A stretch of 64,000 bases of DNA from Candidatus Zhuqueibacterota bacterium (GTDB lineage: Bacteria; Zhuqueibacterota; Zhuqueibacteria; Thermofontimicrobiales; Thermofontimicrobiaceae): NCBI GenBank assembly GCA_049322915.1, contig JBMOPW010000034.1:680567-744566 (forward strand). Reading direction: 5' to 3'. The notes below the pieces were generated by a model that saw only the letters and a program-made list of their open reading frames with translations, was not told where the DNA came from and did not search any database. The position numbers and the translations under genes are program-made. Shown in pieces: positions 1-9,245 of the stretch. How positions within the stretch are numbered: the stretch's first letter is position 1; each line of letters begins with the position of its first letter.

Positions 1-395
1 GATGAATCGTCAGGATGGCATTTAAATGGTCGTCCGGATCGCTCAGCCTGTTTTGAAACTCGACCGCTTCAATTTCTTTGGTGAGCGCATTCAATTCGAT
101 CCGAACTTCGTCTTCGAATTGACTATCCGCTTCTGCTTCCGATAACTCCACCATCTCTTCAAGATACGACATTTTACCGGACAGCTTTTGCCATTTTTCA
201 ATGCTGGTCTTTCGAACATTGATGTTGCGCATCACCTCTTCTGCTCGTTCCCGATCGTTCCAGAAATTCGGGTTGAGCGTCACCTTTTCATACTCGCTAA
301 TTTCCAGTGTCTTCTTATCTATCTCAAAGATAACCTCGTAGTTCTTCGATTCTCGGATTGAGCGCTTTCAATTCATCTTTTATATCCTGTAGCAT
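1..395 (-). CDS. prfB: Peptide chain release factor 2, 5' part (runs off window start), translated via programmed +1 frameshift
   Basis: Minus strand from ATG at 395 reads MLQDIKDELKALNPRIEELRGYL then TGA (CGA GGT TAT CTT TGA G). The +1 frame continues EIDKKTLEISEYEKVTLNPNFWNDRERAEEVMR, the typical RF2 'FW.D...A' segment. Missed by the ORF track. Confidence 0.93.
323..338 (-). promoter_or_regulatory. prfB +1 frameshift site (internal SD-like GAGGT, CTT-TGA)
   Basis: Minus-strand CGAGGTTATCTTTGAG matches the RF2 autoregulatory slippery site. Confidence 0.9.
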
Positions 396-406
396 GACAT
401 GGTCCT

Positions 407-2026
407 CTAATAAATCTTATACGGTTTTGTATTTCTAAAATAATGATTTAATATATCGTTGTAACTTGCTTTCTTCAATGCCATGACAATCCCCCCTGCC
501 TGACACAGGCCGACGCCATGTCCATGCCCAACGCCGAGAAAGCTGAACGCCAGTGGGAAACCATCCTCATCGAATTGGCGGTTGATGACGAAACAGGAGC
601 TGAAAAGCAAATCCGCAGCCAGCGTATGGCGTATCTCCCACTCTGTTTTCAGTATGAGATTCCTATTGCTTCCCAGAATCTCCAATTCAAGAATACGGCC
701 GGATACTCCCCGCCGGATTGGAATAATATCAAAAATATCACCAATATTCTCACCAATTTTGGCAGAGACAATTTCTTCGAGCTCTCTCCGCTCATAGGTC
801 ACCTGCCAATGGAAATATTTTTTCAGATAATTGAGAGCAATATGGTTGCCGTAATTCGTCACATTGCAGAAAACGTCCGGCTCGCTCGATGCCCACTGTC
901 TCAGGTTTTCATTAACTGACAAATCACCGATTTGTTCCAACTGGCGAGGCTCCCTGCCATCAAAGACTGGCGGATACTGCTCTTCATTTTCAATGCTGTA
1001 CAGGCAATGCGATGACTCTGTATGTCCGCCGCAAATCAGCGTATAATGCGCATCCACAACCTTTTTGTTATCTTTGAGCACAATGCCGGCAGTGGCCTTC
1101 ACCGCCTTTTCAATGGCCTCCGATGTTCGGGTCAATCCATTGAAGGTCTGGCAATGGGGGCCGGCGCAAAGATGAAACGGGTCGTCGTAATGCTTAATGC
1201 CCAGCGATGCCAGCGTCTTGCTTCGAACCGCGATGGCCTGAGCCTTGATCAATTCTTCGGGGTAATCGCTCTTCATTTCAAAAGCGACAATGGATTCCAC
1301 GTACTTTTCCAGCGGTATTTCACAGATGATCGTGAGCTTGCCGTCGGCTGAAGCGCGAAATTCCAGCGTGCGCCGAAACATACGTTGCCTGACCGGTAAT
1401 GTCTGCACTTCATTTTCCGGGATGACATCGTAAATGTAGGTGGTGACATCATCGGCTTCAGGAACGATGCGAATCACATTCTCGGCTTCGCCCAATTTCT
1501 CGAACTCAGAGTCGAACAGTTCCAATACCGCATGTGGCTGATTGACCTTCTCAGTGATGATCTGATAATCGAATCCGGACAACATTTCCCGCGCGAATCG
1601 GACTGCTTTCTGCTCCGTGGCATAGTTGTCCACCGTCACCCAGTATTGCGTGTTATCATTGACGACGGCTTCGTTGCAATAGAGCTTTCCACCCCGCGTT
1701 TTGATGCGGGTGCCAATCCCTTTTTCGATGAGCTGGTATTCAAGTTCCTGAGCCTGGCTTTTATCGTCAAATTTACCGACCAGTACGCCGAACGAATATC
1801 GCGCTGGCTGTTTCTGCTCAACTTTCACTCGCCATTTCATCGGCGAGGTGACGTCTTTCAGGATGGGCATGCCCTGATTATTCAGCACAGTAAATCGGCC
1901 GGATGACTTGAATTCAATCAAATCGCGTTCCTCTTCAAAACCGATTTTTAAAACAGGCATGTCATCTGTCGTGAAATTTTCACTTGTCCTTTTATGATCA
2001 GAATCCGCATGGGAATGGTCGAACAT
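407..2026 (-). CDS. SpoIID/LytB-family peptidoglycan lytic transglycosylase with probable SPOR-like region
   Basis: Motifs LEKYV..IVAFEM, KAQAIAVRS, HCQTFNG, CGGHTE, GHGHGVGLCQAG, ILNHYF. Start placed at ATG 2026 behind GGAGGT. Confidence 0.88.
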   Translation of the reverse strand: MFDHSHADSDHKRTSENFTTDDMPVLKIGFEEERDLIEFKSSGRFTVLNNQGMPILKDVTSPMKWRVKVEQKQPARYSFGVLVGKFDDKSQAQELEYQLIEKGIGTRIKTRGGKLYCNEAVVNDNTQYWVTVDNYATEQKAVRFAREMLSGFDYQIITEKVNQPHAVLELFDSEFEKLGEAENVIRIVPEADDVTTYIYDVIPENEVQTLPVRQRMFRRTLEFRASADGKLTIICEIPLEKYVESIVAFEMKSDYPEELIKAQAIAVRSKTLASLGIKHYDDPFHLCAGPHCQTFNGLTRTSEAIEKAVKATAGIVLKDNKKVVDAHYTLICGGHTESSHCLYSIENEEQYPPVFDGREPRQLEQIGDLSVNENLRQWASSEPDVFCNVTNYGNHIALNYLKKYFHWQVTYERRELEEIVSAKIGENIGDIFDIIPIRRGVSGRILELEILGSNRNLILKTEWEIRHTLAADLLFSSCFVINRQFDEDGFPLAFSFLGVGHGHGVGLCQAGGIVMALKKASYNDILNHYFRNTKPYKIY

Positions 2027-2097
2027 TTCCACCTCCACAATAACCACCATCAACAGTGTTCATAAAAAGCTATATAATAAGCAATTGCAACGCGCCC

Positions 2098-2126
2098 AAT
2101 ATACAACAATTATTTTTAAGAGTCAA
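2098..2126 (-). promoter_or_regulatory. Sigma70-type promoter for spoIID-like gene/prfB
   Basis: Minus strand TTGACT-N17-TATATT. Confidence 0.55.
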
Positions 2127-2236
2127 GAATTAAAAACCGATTAAAGCCTTCTCAACCGGCTATTTTTTATAGCGATTTTGTTATAAACAGAATTTTTATG
2201 CCTTTAGAAGAAAGTTAAAAAAACCTAACTTTTTTC

Positions 2237-2265
2237 TTGCATTGAGATTTGGAACCTATTATATT
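2237..2265 (+). promoter_or_regulatory. Sigma70-type promoter upstream of ATPase/peptidase pair
   Basis: TTGCAT-N17-TATATT. Confidence 0.45.
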
Positions 2266-2612
2266 AAACCGAATTGACGCTTCACCATGCCAGTTCAATC
2301 CATCGTTCAGGCTGGATCATGTTTCATGTTTTCAGTAATAGCTCTAAAACAATGTAACTATATTTTCTCTATCAAGAACCGCTCTCGCTTGATGCTGGTG
2401 AATTACGCCAGATCTCTTCAATGATCTTTCACCAAAAATGAAGATGATTTAGCGCTGCCAATGACAAGGAATGGAGCGCCTTTTGCTGTACTGTTGAACT
2501 TCAAGCGATTGAACCAATTTCGATCAGCATCATTTGCCCAGTCACTTTAGAAGTATGGATTTCGTTTTATAAATCTCATAACCGAATTTCTCACTTTAGA
2601 TTGAGAGGATTC

Positions 2613-3767
2613 ATGACCATTTCGAATGTCTTTATCCGCGCCTTCAAATCTATTTTCGAACTCACGCTGCCTGTCGATCCTAAAATTTCTGTCCTGATTG
2701 GTCCCAATGAAAGTGGCAAATCGAACCTCCTGAAAGCTCTGCTATCGTTCAATCCGGAGGCTATTTTCGATCTCTCACAGACGTGCCAGTACTCTGATTA
2801 TTATTACCAGAAGAAGTACCCGGAAATTGCTGTGGAATTTTTCAATATTTCCAAGGAGAATCGAGCGCATCTCGTGCAACTATCAGAGGAATTTAAACAG
2901 GTTGAAACTTTTTATGTCAAACGGGAAGGGCCGGAAATCAGCGACTACAAAGTTTTTATCGATGACAAAGAGATACAGATTTCCGACATGAAACGGCTTT
3001 TGAAGGTGCTCCCTAAAATCGTTTATTTCGATGAAATACCGTTGATCAAAAATCGCGTCGATTATTACAGCCTGGTGGATGGCCGCCCGGGTTATACGAC
3101 AGAACGCAATCTGCTCAAGGTTGGCGGCCTGCAAAACCTTGAAGTCATCTTTGAAGATTCCACCCGTGGGCGTCGCGCTTCCGAGGAAGCCAGCCGAATA
3201 ATCACGGAACAGATCAGGCGAGTCTGGTCCCAGGAGCCCACCATCGAAATTAAATTGAACGTCAACGGCAAGGTTTTATACATCGATATTTCCGACCGGA
3301 CAACTGTCTTTGACACGCCCGAATCGCGCAGCCTCGGATTCCGCTGGTACCTCTCTTTCTACATCAATTTCCTGGCGCAGACGTATGAAGCCAAATCCAA
3401 CGAGTATGTCTTCCTGATCGATGAACCCGGCATTCATCTGCATCCGGCCGGTCAAAAGGATCTGGTGAAAGTGCTGGAGGACTTATCCCTGAAAAATCAG
3501 CTCATTTACACCACGCACTCGCCTTTTATGATCAATCGGGAATTTCCACATCGCGTGCGATTGGTGACGAAATCGCGGGAGGGCACCCAAATCGACAGTG
3601 AAGCCTATCGTCAGAACTGGAAGCCGCTGCGACGATCCATTGGATTGATGATCGGGGATCTCTTCTTCTTCAGCGAAGGCGGCTATATTTTAGAAGTGCC
3701 GCGGGAGAAGCTTTCGTTTGCCAACAAACTACGTTTCTGGGAGAAAAAAGAGACGGACGAACAATGA
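2613..3767 (+). CDS. OLD/AAA_15-like ABC-fold ATPase without TOPRIM nuclease domain
   Basis: Walker A GPNESGKS, signature-like RSLGFRW, Walker B LIDEPGIHLHP, H-loop TTHSPFMI. ATG at 2613 after GAGAGGA. Confidence 0.8.
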   Translation: MTISNVFIRAFKSIFELTLPVDPKISVLIGPNESGKSNLLKALLSFNPEAIFDLSQTCQYSDYYYQKKYPEIAVEFFNISKENRAHLVQLSEEFKQVETFYVKREGPEISDYKVFIDDKEIQISDMKRLLKVLPKIVYFDEIPLIKNRVDYYSLVDGRPGYTTERNLLKVGGLQNLEVIFEDSTRGRRASEEASRIITEQIRRVWSQEPTIEIKLNVNGKVLYIDISDRTTVFDTPESRSLGFRWYLSFYINFLAQTYEAKSNEYVFLIDEPGIHLHPAGQKDLVKVLEDLSLKNQLIYTTHSPFMINREFPHRVRLVTKSREGTQIDSEAYRQNWKPLRRSIGLMIGDLFFFSEGGYILEVPREKLSFANKLRFWEKKETDEQ

Positions 3768-4693
3768 CCCTTTCGATATGCAGCGTACCCGGAATACGCG
3801 TGGGCCATGCGCAGGATGAACTGGCCAAAACAGGATGCACGGTCATTCTACCAGAAAAACCGGTGATTGCCGGCGTTGATGTCCGCGGAGCAGCTCCCGG
3901 CACCCGTGAAACAGAGCTGTTAGCCCCCCATCGCACGGTCCAGGAAATACATGCGATCCTGTTGACTGGCGGCAGCGCATTCGGACTTGATGCCGCAGCC
4001 GGAGTCGTCGCCTATCTTGAAGAACTGGGTATGGGCTACGACACCGGCGTGGCGCGCGTTCCCATTGTTCCCGCAGCCGTGATTTTCGACCTGGCTGTTG
4101 GTTCATCACGGGTCCGACCGGATCGGACGATGGGCTATGCCGCTGCTAAAAATGCGCACAGGCAGAATGCGGCGATGGGATTGACCGGCGCCGGCATCGG
4201 AGCGACCGTGGGGAAATTCGCTGGAATGGATCACAGCATGTCCGGCGGCATCGGGACCTGCGCTGAAAATTTGGAAGATGGCATCGTTGTTGGGGCGCTC
4301 GTCGTTGTCAATGCCCTGGGAAATATCATTGACCCGGCCACGGGAAACGCCGTTGCCGGCGCACGCTCCCCCCGCGGCCATTTCCTCGATCCAATTCAAT
4401 ATTTCAAACAACCGCAGTCGATTTCTTTTTCGCACCTCACCAACACCACACTGGCTGTCGTGGCTACCAATGTTCGATTCACAAAATCGGAGATGACGGA
4501 ATTGGCTCAGTTGGCCGTGGCCGGTATCACGCGTGCCACGCTGCCGGCGCACACACCCTACGACGGTGATGTCGTGTTTGCTATTTCCACCGGGGATCAT
4601 GCGACAGTCGATCTCATTCGAATCGGCGCTGTAGCCGCCGACCTGGTGGCCCGCGCAATGATCGCTGCTGTACAGGTTTCCAATTCGTTATGA
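3764..4693 (+). CDS. P1/S58 family peptidase (DmpA-like L-aminopeptidase/D-esterase)
   Basis: GIRVGHA, TGCTVI, DVRGAAPGTRET, GGSAFGL, NTTLAVVATN, HTPYDGDVVF. ATGA overlap with the upstream gene. Confidence 0.9.
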   Translation: MTLSICSVPGIRVGHAQDELAKTGCTVILPEKPVIAGVDVRGAAPGTRETELLAPHRTVQEIHAILLTGGSAFGLDAAAGVVAYLEELGMGYDTGVARVPIVPAAVIFDLAVGSSRVRPDRTMGYAAAKNAHRQNAAMGLTGAGIGATVGKFAGMDHSMSGGIGTCAENLEDGIVVGALVVVNALGNIIDPATGNAVAGARSPRGHFLDPIQYFKQPQSISFSHLTNTTLAVVATNVRFTKSEMTELAQLAVAGITRATLPAHTPYDGDVVFAISTGDHATVDLIRIGAVAADLVARAMIAAVQVSNSL

Positions 4694-4724
4694 CAATAAC
4701 CTGAACATGGAGTAAGAACATACT

Positions 4725-4766
4725 AATAAAAAAAGCGCTTCGAAATTCACAAGCGCTTTTTTTATT
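4725..4766. terminator. Bidirectional intrinsic terminator between convergent genes
   Basis: AATAAAAAAAGCGCTT-loop-AAGCGCTTTTTTTATT. Confidence 0.85.
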
Positions 4767-4783
4767 TAAGTTTAACTGTACGA

Positions 4784-5767
4784 TTATTCTTTTGGAATGG
4801 AGTACTTTTTCATTTTAAATCTCAATGTCGCTTCCGGGATTCCCAGCAGTTTGGCTGCCTTCACCTGGTTTCCGCCGAATTTGCCAAGCGCTTTTTTAAT
4901 CAGATAGATTTCAATTTCGGAAATGACGCCCTTTAAATTACGCGGTTCCAGGAAATCCAGCGGATGTTTCTTAATCTTGAACGGCAGAAAATCGGCTGAC
5001 AATTCACCTTCAGGCGACATCATCAACAGATTCTGAACGGTGTTCTCAAGTTCTCTCACATTGCCTTTCCAATCATATTCCAGGACTGATTCAAAAATAT
5101 CTGATTCGACAGCTGGCTCCTCGCAGCCTTCTTCATCACAGTATTTTTTCAGGAAATAGGAGAACAATTCAGGAATATCCTGCTTGCGGTCGCGAAGCGG
5201 GGTGATGGACAATGTCAATGTATTGAGCAAGTAATACAATTCTCTTTTGAAAGCTCCGTTTTCGATTTCGCTAGTCAGTTCTCTATCCGACGAAGAAATG
5301 ACTCGCATCTCCACTTCAATATTTTCACTTCCACCGACGCGCTTGAATTTCTTTTCCCGGATGACTCTTAAAAATTCATCCTGAAATTCAGTCGGCATTT
5401 CACTGACATTATCGAGAAAAAGGACACCCTTATTGGCTTTCTCGAACAAGCCAATCGTCCTCATTACCGCCTGGTCGCCCTCAGTATCTTCACCGTAGAG
5501 GTCTTTAGCGTCAATTGTTTTGCCAAGAGCAGAACAATTGATTTCGACGAATGTCCTGTTTCGGCGAGGGCTGAGCAGGTAAATATGTCTGGCGACAAAT
5601 TCCTTTCCCGTGCCGGTCTCGCCAATGATGAACACGTTGCTATCAATCTTGGACAGCTTCTTGACAGCTCGTCTTAATCGTTTCGCCTCAGGACTGCTTC
5701 CAATAATAGGTTCATCCTGAACAACGTCGACCTGATTTTTTGCAATTTTTGGACTCATACTTTGCAC
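4784..5767 (-). CDS. Degenerate sigma-54-type (bEBP) AAA+ domain with Fis HTH; no sensory domain
   Basis: GETGTGKE, INCSAL, WKGNVRELEN, GNQVKAAKLLGI HTH. GAFTGA loop replaced (LYGEDTEGDQAV); Walker B reads LFLDN rather than LFLDE. Confidence 0.88.
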   Translation of the reverse strand: MQSMSPKIAKNQVDVVQDEPIIGSSPEAKRLRRAVKKLSKIDSNVFIIGETGTGKEFVARHIYLLSPRRNRTFVEINCSALGKTIDAKDLYGEDTEGDQAVMRTIGLFEKANKGVLFLDNVSEMPTEFQDEFLRVIREKKFKRVGGSENIEVEMRVISSSDRELTSEIENGAFKRELYYLLNTLTLSITPLRDRKQDIPELFSYFLKKYCDEEGCEEPAVESDIFESVLEYDWKGNVRELENTVQNLLMMSPEGELSADFLPFKIKKHPLDFLEPRNLKGVISEIEIYLIKKALGKFGGNQVKAAKLLGIPEATLRFKMKKYSIPKE

Positions 5768-5808
5768 CTTCCTTCATTTGTTATTTGTTTTAATTAGAAA
5801 AATCTATG

Positions 5809-6891
5809 TTATAAAATTTTCTTTTTTTCACGTCTACGAAAAAGAGCATTTAAATATAATCCAATGCTGATAATGAGGAAAACAATGATCAAGAATGTGA
5901 TCTTTTCATAGCCATACGGATAGATGTAGACGAAAAATGAGAGCGACACGATCATCAATAATAAAAACATGACTCTGTTGATTTTATTCTTAAAATAGTT
6001 CTGAAAGACATTGACATATTTCTCGGTTATCGATCGCCTCCTTAACAGCTTCATTGTTGAGGTTCTTCTGGAAAAAATAATACTCTCATAAAAATTAGCA
6101 AATGGATGACCAACATAATAAACATTGGCGCTGAGAATAACATTGATAAAAATCAAATTGGCCATTAAAAGCAGTTGATGCGATACTGGCAATGTTATGC
6201 TAAAATAGTTAAACATGTTATCCACAATATCAATGGCCAGAAAAAATAATAGAAACGTCACGAGATAATTGATATACCTCGAAATCGGATTTTCTTTATT
6301 GAAACAATGGTACGCGTACAGCAAAATGAAGAATATAATGATCGCATTGAGACCACTGATTCCAGTAAATATCTGTCGATAATTCTCTTTGTTTTCAAAT
6401 AGATATTTTTTATTAAGTATGAATCTGGAAAAATACATGAACCAGATTGGCACTGTTATCAGCAGGACAATCGCATACTTAAAGATGACCTTCAGTTGAT
6501 AATAAACATAATCCACTATAATGTAGAGAATCGTTATGCTTGAGATAAGGCTGATCGCAATTTTGCGATACGTCCACAGATACCATTGCAAGTGATCGCT
6601 GCCAAACGTGTAATTGTTGCCGGAGAAGATGACAGCGAATCCTGAAAAATAGAGAAATGCGAAAATTGCCAAGTTCAGAAAAGTAAATCGATTGAACTCG
6701 CTTCGGAGGAATAATGTCAGAGATAGGAGGAAGAATAGAAAAAATAATTGATAATTAGCAAATGTTAATATGGGTTCTAAAATGTTCCAATGGGGTAATT
6801 GAAGTGCTACTATGGATAGCACTAAGAAGAACATCCATATATTAAAGAGTAATAGGAATCTATTTCCGAATAAACCCAGTTCTTTTCCCAT
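5809..6891 (-). CDS. Polytopic membrane protein of unknown function
   Basis: 360-aa ORF with roughly nine hydrophobic segments by eye, basic C-terminus, AT-rich codons, no competing ORF. Confidence 0.75.
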   Translation of the reverse strand: MGKELGLFGNRFLLLFNIWMFFLVLSIVALQLPHWNILEPILTFANYQLFFLFFLLSLTLFLRSEFNRFTFLNLAIFAFLYFSGFAVIFSGNNYTFGSDHLQWYLWTYRKIAISLISSITILYIIVDYVYYQLKVIFKYAIVLLITVPIWFMYFSRFILNKKYLFENKENYRQIFTGISGLNAIIIFFILLYAYHCFNKENPISRYINYLVTFLLFFLAIDIVDNMFNYFSITLPVSHQLLLMANLIFINVILSANVYYVGHPFANFYESIIFSRRTSTMKLLRRRSITEKYVNVFQNYFKNKINRVMFLLLMIVSLSFFVYIYPYGYEKITFLIIVFLIISIGLYLNALFRRREKKKIL

Positions 6892-6928
6892 TTACACGAT
6901 ATTCTTAAGCAATTAACCGAACCAAATA

Positions 6929-7168
6929 CTATTTCACAGGCAACTTAGGCGGAAAAGGCGTTGGATCCAATCCTGAATTAAATTGGAAATCCGTAACGCT
7001 TGGCTTTGACAACCTCATGAAGTCTTCATCAAAGTAAAAATTTCGTTTCATCGTATCACTTTTTGGGAACTGTTCAATCGGGGAAAGCCCCCAATAGGAG
7101 AAAAGAATAACACATATTGCATAAAAAATCAATGTGATCAGAAATATTTTCTTCTTTATTCCATACAT
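6929..7168 (-). CDS. Small exported or membrane-anchored protein with Pro-rich tail (possible propeptide)
   Basis: 79 aa: KKK plus hydrophobic N-terminus; C-terminus SGLDPTPFPPKLPVK. Lies between a predicted promoter and the membrane protein gene. Confidence 0.6.
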   Translation of the reverse strand: MYGIKKKIFLITLIFYAICVILFSYWGLSPIEQFPKSDTMKRNFYFDEDFMRLSKPSVTDFQFNSGLDPTPFPPKLPVK

Positions 7169-7305
7169 TTGCTTCAGTATCTTTTATGCTTACAAGCCAA
7201 TGAGCCAATTATCACTGATTTATATTTTCTCTTCCTCCGTTTCGTTTTAAAAAACTAACTCACGAAACACTAATCTCGTTCTATTTTTTACCTTCTACGG
7301 GAAAT

Positions 7306-7334
7306 AAGATACAAATTTATATTCAAAAAGTCAA
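7306..7334 (-). promoter_or_regulatory. Sigma70-type promoter for small ORF, membrane protein and bEBP-like gene
   Basis: Minus strand TTGACT-N17-TATCTT. Confidence 0.55.
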
Positions 7335-7622
7335 CAAGTATTTTTTGTTTTCTGTTAAAGTTCGTCATCTTTTACCGCGAATGCAGGTATATATAAAATT
7401 ACGCATCACGCTACTCCAGCGTCCATGCCAGTGTTTCCTCGAATATTTCAGTCAGGGTTAAAATTTCTATTTCAGATTTGTCATTCTATTTAACACTCGG
7501 ATCTGTTATTTTCTTTCGCAAAATATGCATCGATATTCAAAAGAAAAATTCCGGGGGCATCGGCCGATCTTTTCCTGTTGTCGTTTGGTTGCTAAATGAA
7601 GTAGGTACGGAACGATGAACAT

Positions 7623-9245
7623 TCAGTTTTTCACTGTCTTTCGTTTCTCGCTCAGTTGGCTCCGCACCAGGAGATTTTCCGCCTCAGCAAAATGGGTCAG
7701 GCTATGGTTCAATTGAATATCCTCTTTCAAGTGCACGCGAAACCTTGCCTCTTTGCCCCAACGCATGTAGGCGAATTCTCGCTTGATCAGGAATTTTAAG
7801 GCTTTCTCAAATTCATCAAATGGGAAATAAGAGTAGGAGACATTATCATTCTTGACAAGATTTTGAAATTGTCTGAACATTGCCGGGTTTACAGTAAATT
7901 CATTGACGAACGTATTGACATCATTCATGTTGTCAGGCAGACCCGCCATGAGAGATTGTGCATAGGTCAGCAAATAATTATTTTCATCGTACAGCAAGCG
8001 ACGCAAAGAATCGGGCAGAATCTCGGCGCTGGAAATAGCAATATCCGGAGTGATGCCTCCACCACCCAGGACAGTTCTTCCTGCGGCAGTTCGGAAGCCG
8101 GGCTGCGTGCTGAGCTGCATCTCTATGTTGCTGGCAGAAACAGTGTACGCATTGGTAAAATAATCCTCCTTGCTAAAATCTTTATAACTGCGTTGAATCG
8201 ACCGCCCGCATGGCGTAAAATATCTGGCCGTCGTAATGAGCAATGCCGAACCATCCCGTAGAGCAAACTGGCTTTGAACAAGTCCCTTGCCGAACGTTGT
8301 CTCTCCAACAATCAATGCGCGATCCCAGTCCTGCAATGCTCCGGCGACAATTTCCGAAGAGGACGCGGTGCCATGATCCACCAGCACGATCATGGGGATA
8401 TTCAGATATTTCTTGACAGGCGTCGTGCAGTATTCCTGATAGGACGATTCTTCCCGTCCCTGTGTGGTGACAATGATTTTTCCAACTGCCAAAAATTTGT
8501 CAGCAACAGAGATTGCCGAGCTGAAATAACCACCGCCATTGCCGCGTAAATCCAGCACCAATTTACTCATACCATGGAGGCACAGAGAATCGAGTGCTGC
8601 CTGCAATTCGTGATCGGTTGACTGGGAAAACAGATTGATCTTGATGTAGGCAACTCCGGGGTGAATCAGCACCGCATACGGAATGCTTTTCATGCTGATT
8701 TTTTGCCGATCCAATTCCTTGTGCACAATTTCTGAACTGCAATTCTGTTTCAAGTCCAGACTGATTTTCAGCCCGGTAGCATCAGCGATTAATTGGGACA
8801 CCTGGGAATAGTTGAGCCCAATGGCGGATCTGCCGTTGATTGTGATCATTTTATCTCCGCTGTTCATGCCGCTCTCCCACGCGGGACTCTCATCCATCAC
8901 CGATGTGACCAGAATTGTATCCTGGACAATGGCGTATCGAACGCCAATTCCGGAAAATCCATCTATTTCTGCCTCCCACTTTGTATAGTCTTCCCGCGCC
9001 AAAAATGCAGAATGGGGATCGAGATTTTCCAATATCCCATTCACAGCGTCCTGAAAAATTTCCTCGACATCGACCTCATCGATGTAGGACTGTTGGATGA
9101 TATTGATGATGGAATACAATTTTTTCACACTTTCGGAAGTGAGATTGGACGAGGCGACGGCAACTTCGGTCTGGTACTTCTTCGTGACGCTCATCAGCAA
9201 CAAACCGATGAAACAACATGCTGCCACAATTTTGATTTTTTTCAT
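7623..9245 (-). CDS. S41A C-terminal processing protease (CtpA/Prc-like, PDZ domain)
   Basis: LDPHS, FSGIG (PDZ), LDLRGNGGG, catalytic GTASSSEIVAG, TFGKG, TTARYFTP; N-terminal hydrophobic segment. Confidence 0.93.
   Translation of the reverse strand: MKKIKIVAACCFIGLLLMSVTKKYQTEVAVASSNLTSESVKKLYSIINIIQQSYIDEVDVEEIFQDAVNGILENLDPHSAFLAREDYTKWEAEIDGFSGIGVRYAIVQDTILVTSVMDESPAWESGMNSGDKMITINGRSAIGLNYSQVSQLIADATGLKISLDLKQNCSSEIVHKELDRQKISMKSIPYAVLIHPGVAYIKINLFSQSTDHELQAALDSLCLHGMSKLVLDLRGNGGGYFSSAISVADKFLAVGKIIVTTQGREESSYQEYCTTPVKKYLNIPMIVLVDHGTASSSEIVAGALQDWDRALIVGETTFGKGLVQSQFALRDGSALLITTARYFTPCGRSIQRSYKDFSKEDYFTNAYTVSASNIEMQLSTQPGFRTAAGRTVLGGGGITPDIAISSAEILPDSLRRLLYDENNYLLTYAQSLMAGLPDNMNDVNTFVNEFTVNPAMFRQFQNLVKNDNVSYSYFPFDEFEKALKFLIKREFAYMRWGKEARFRVHLKEDIQLNHSLTHFAEAENLLVRSQLSEKRKTVKN

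Noticed and set aside
7170..7620. Sigma54 -24/-12 promoter for the bEBP-like cassette
   Set aside because: The minus-strand TGGCATG near 7429 lacks a correctly spaced GC; a sigma70-type promoter fits better.
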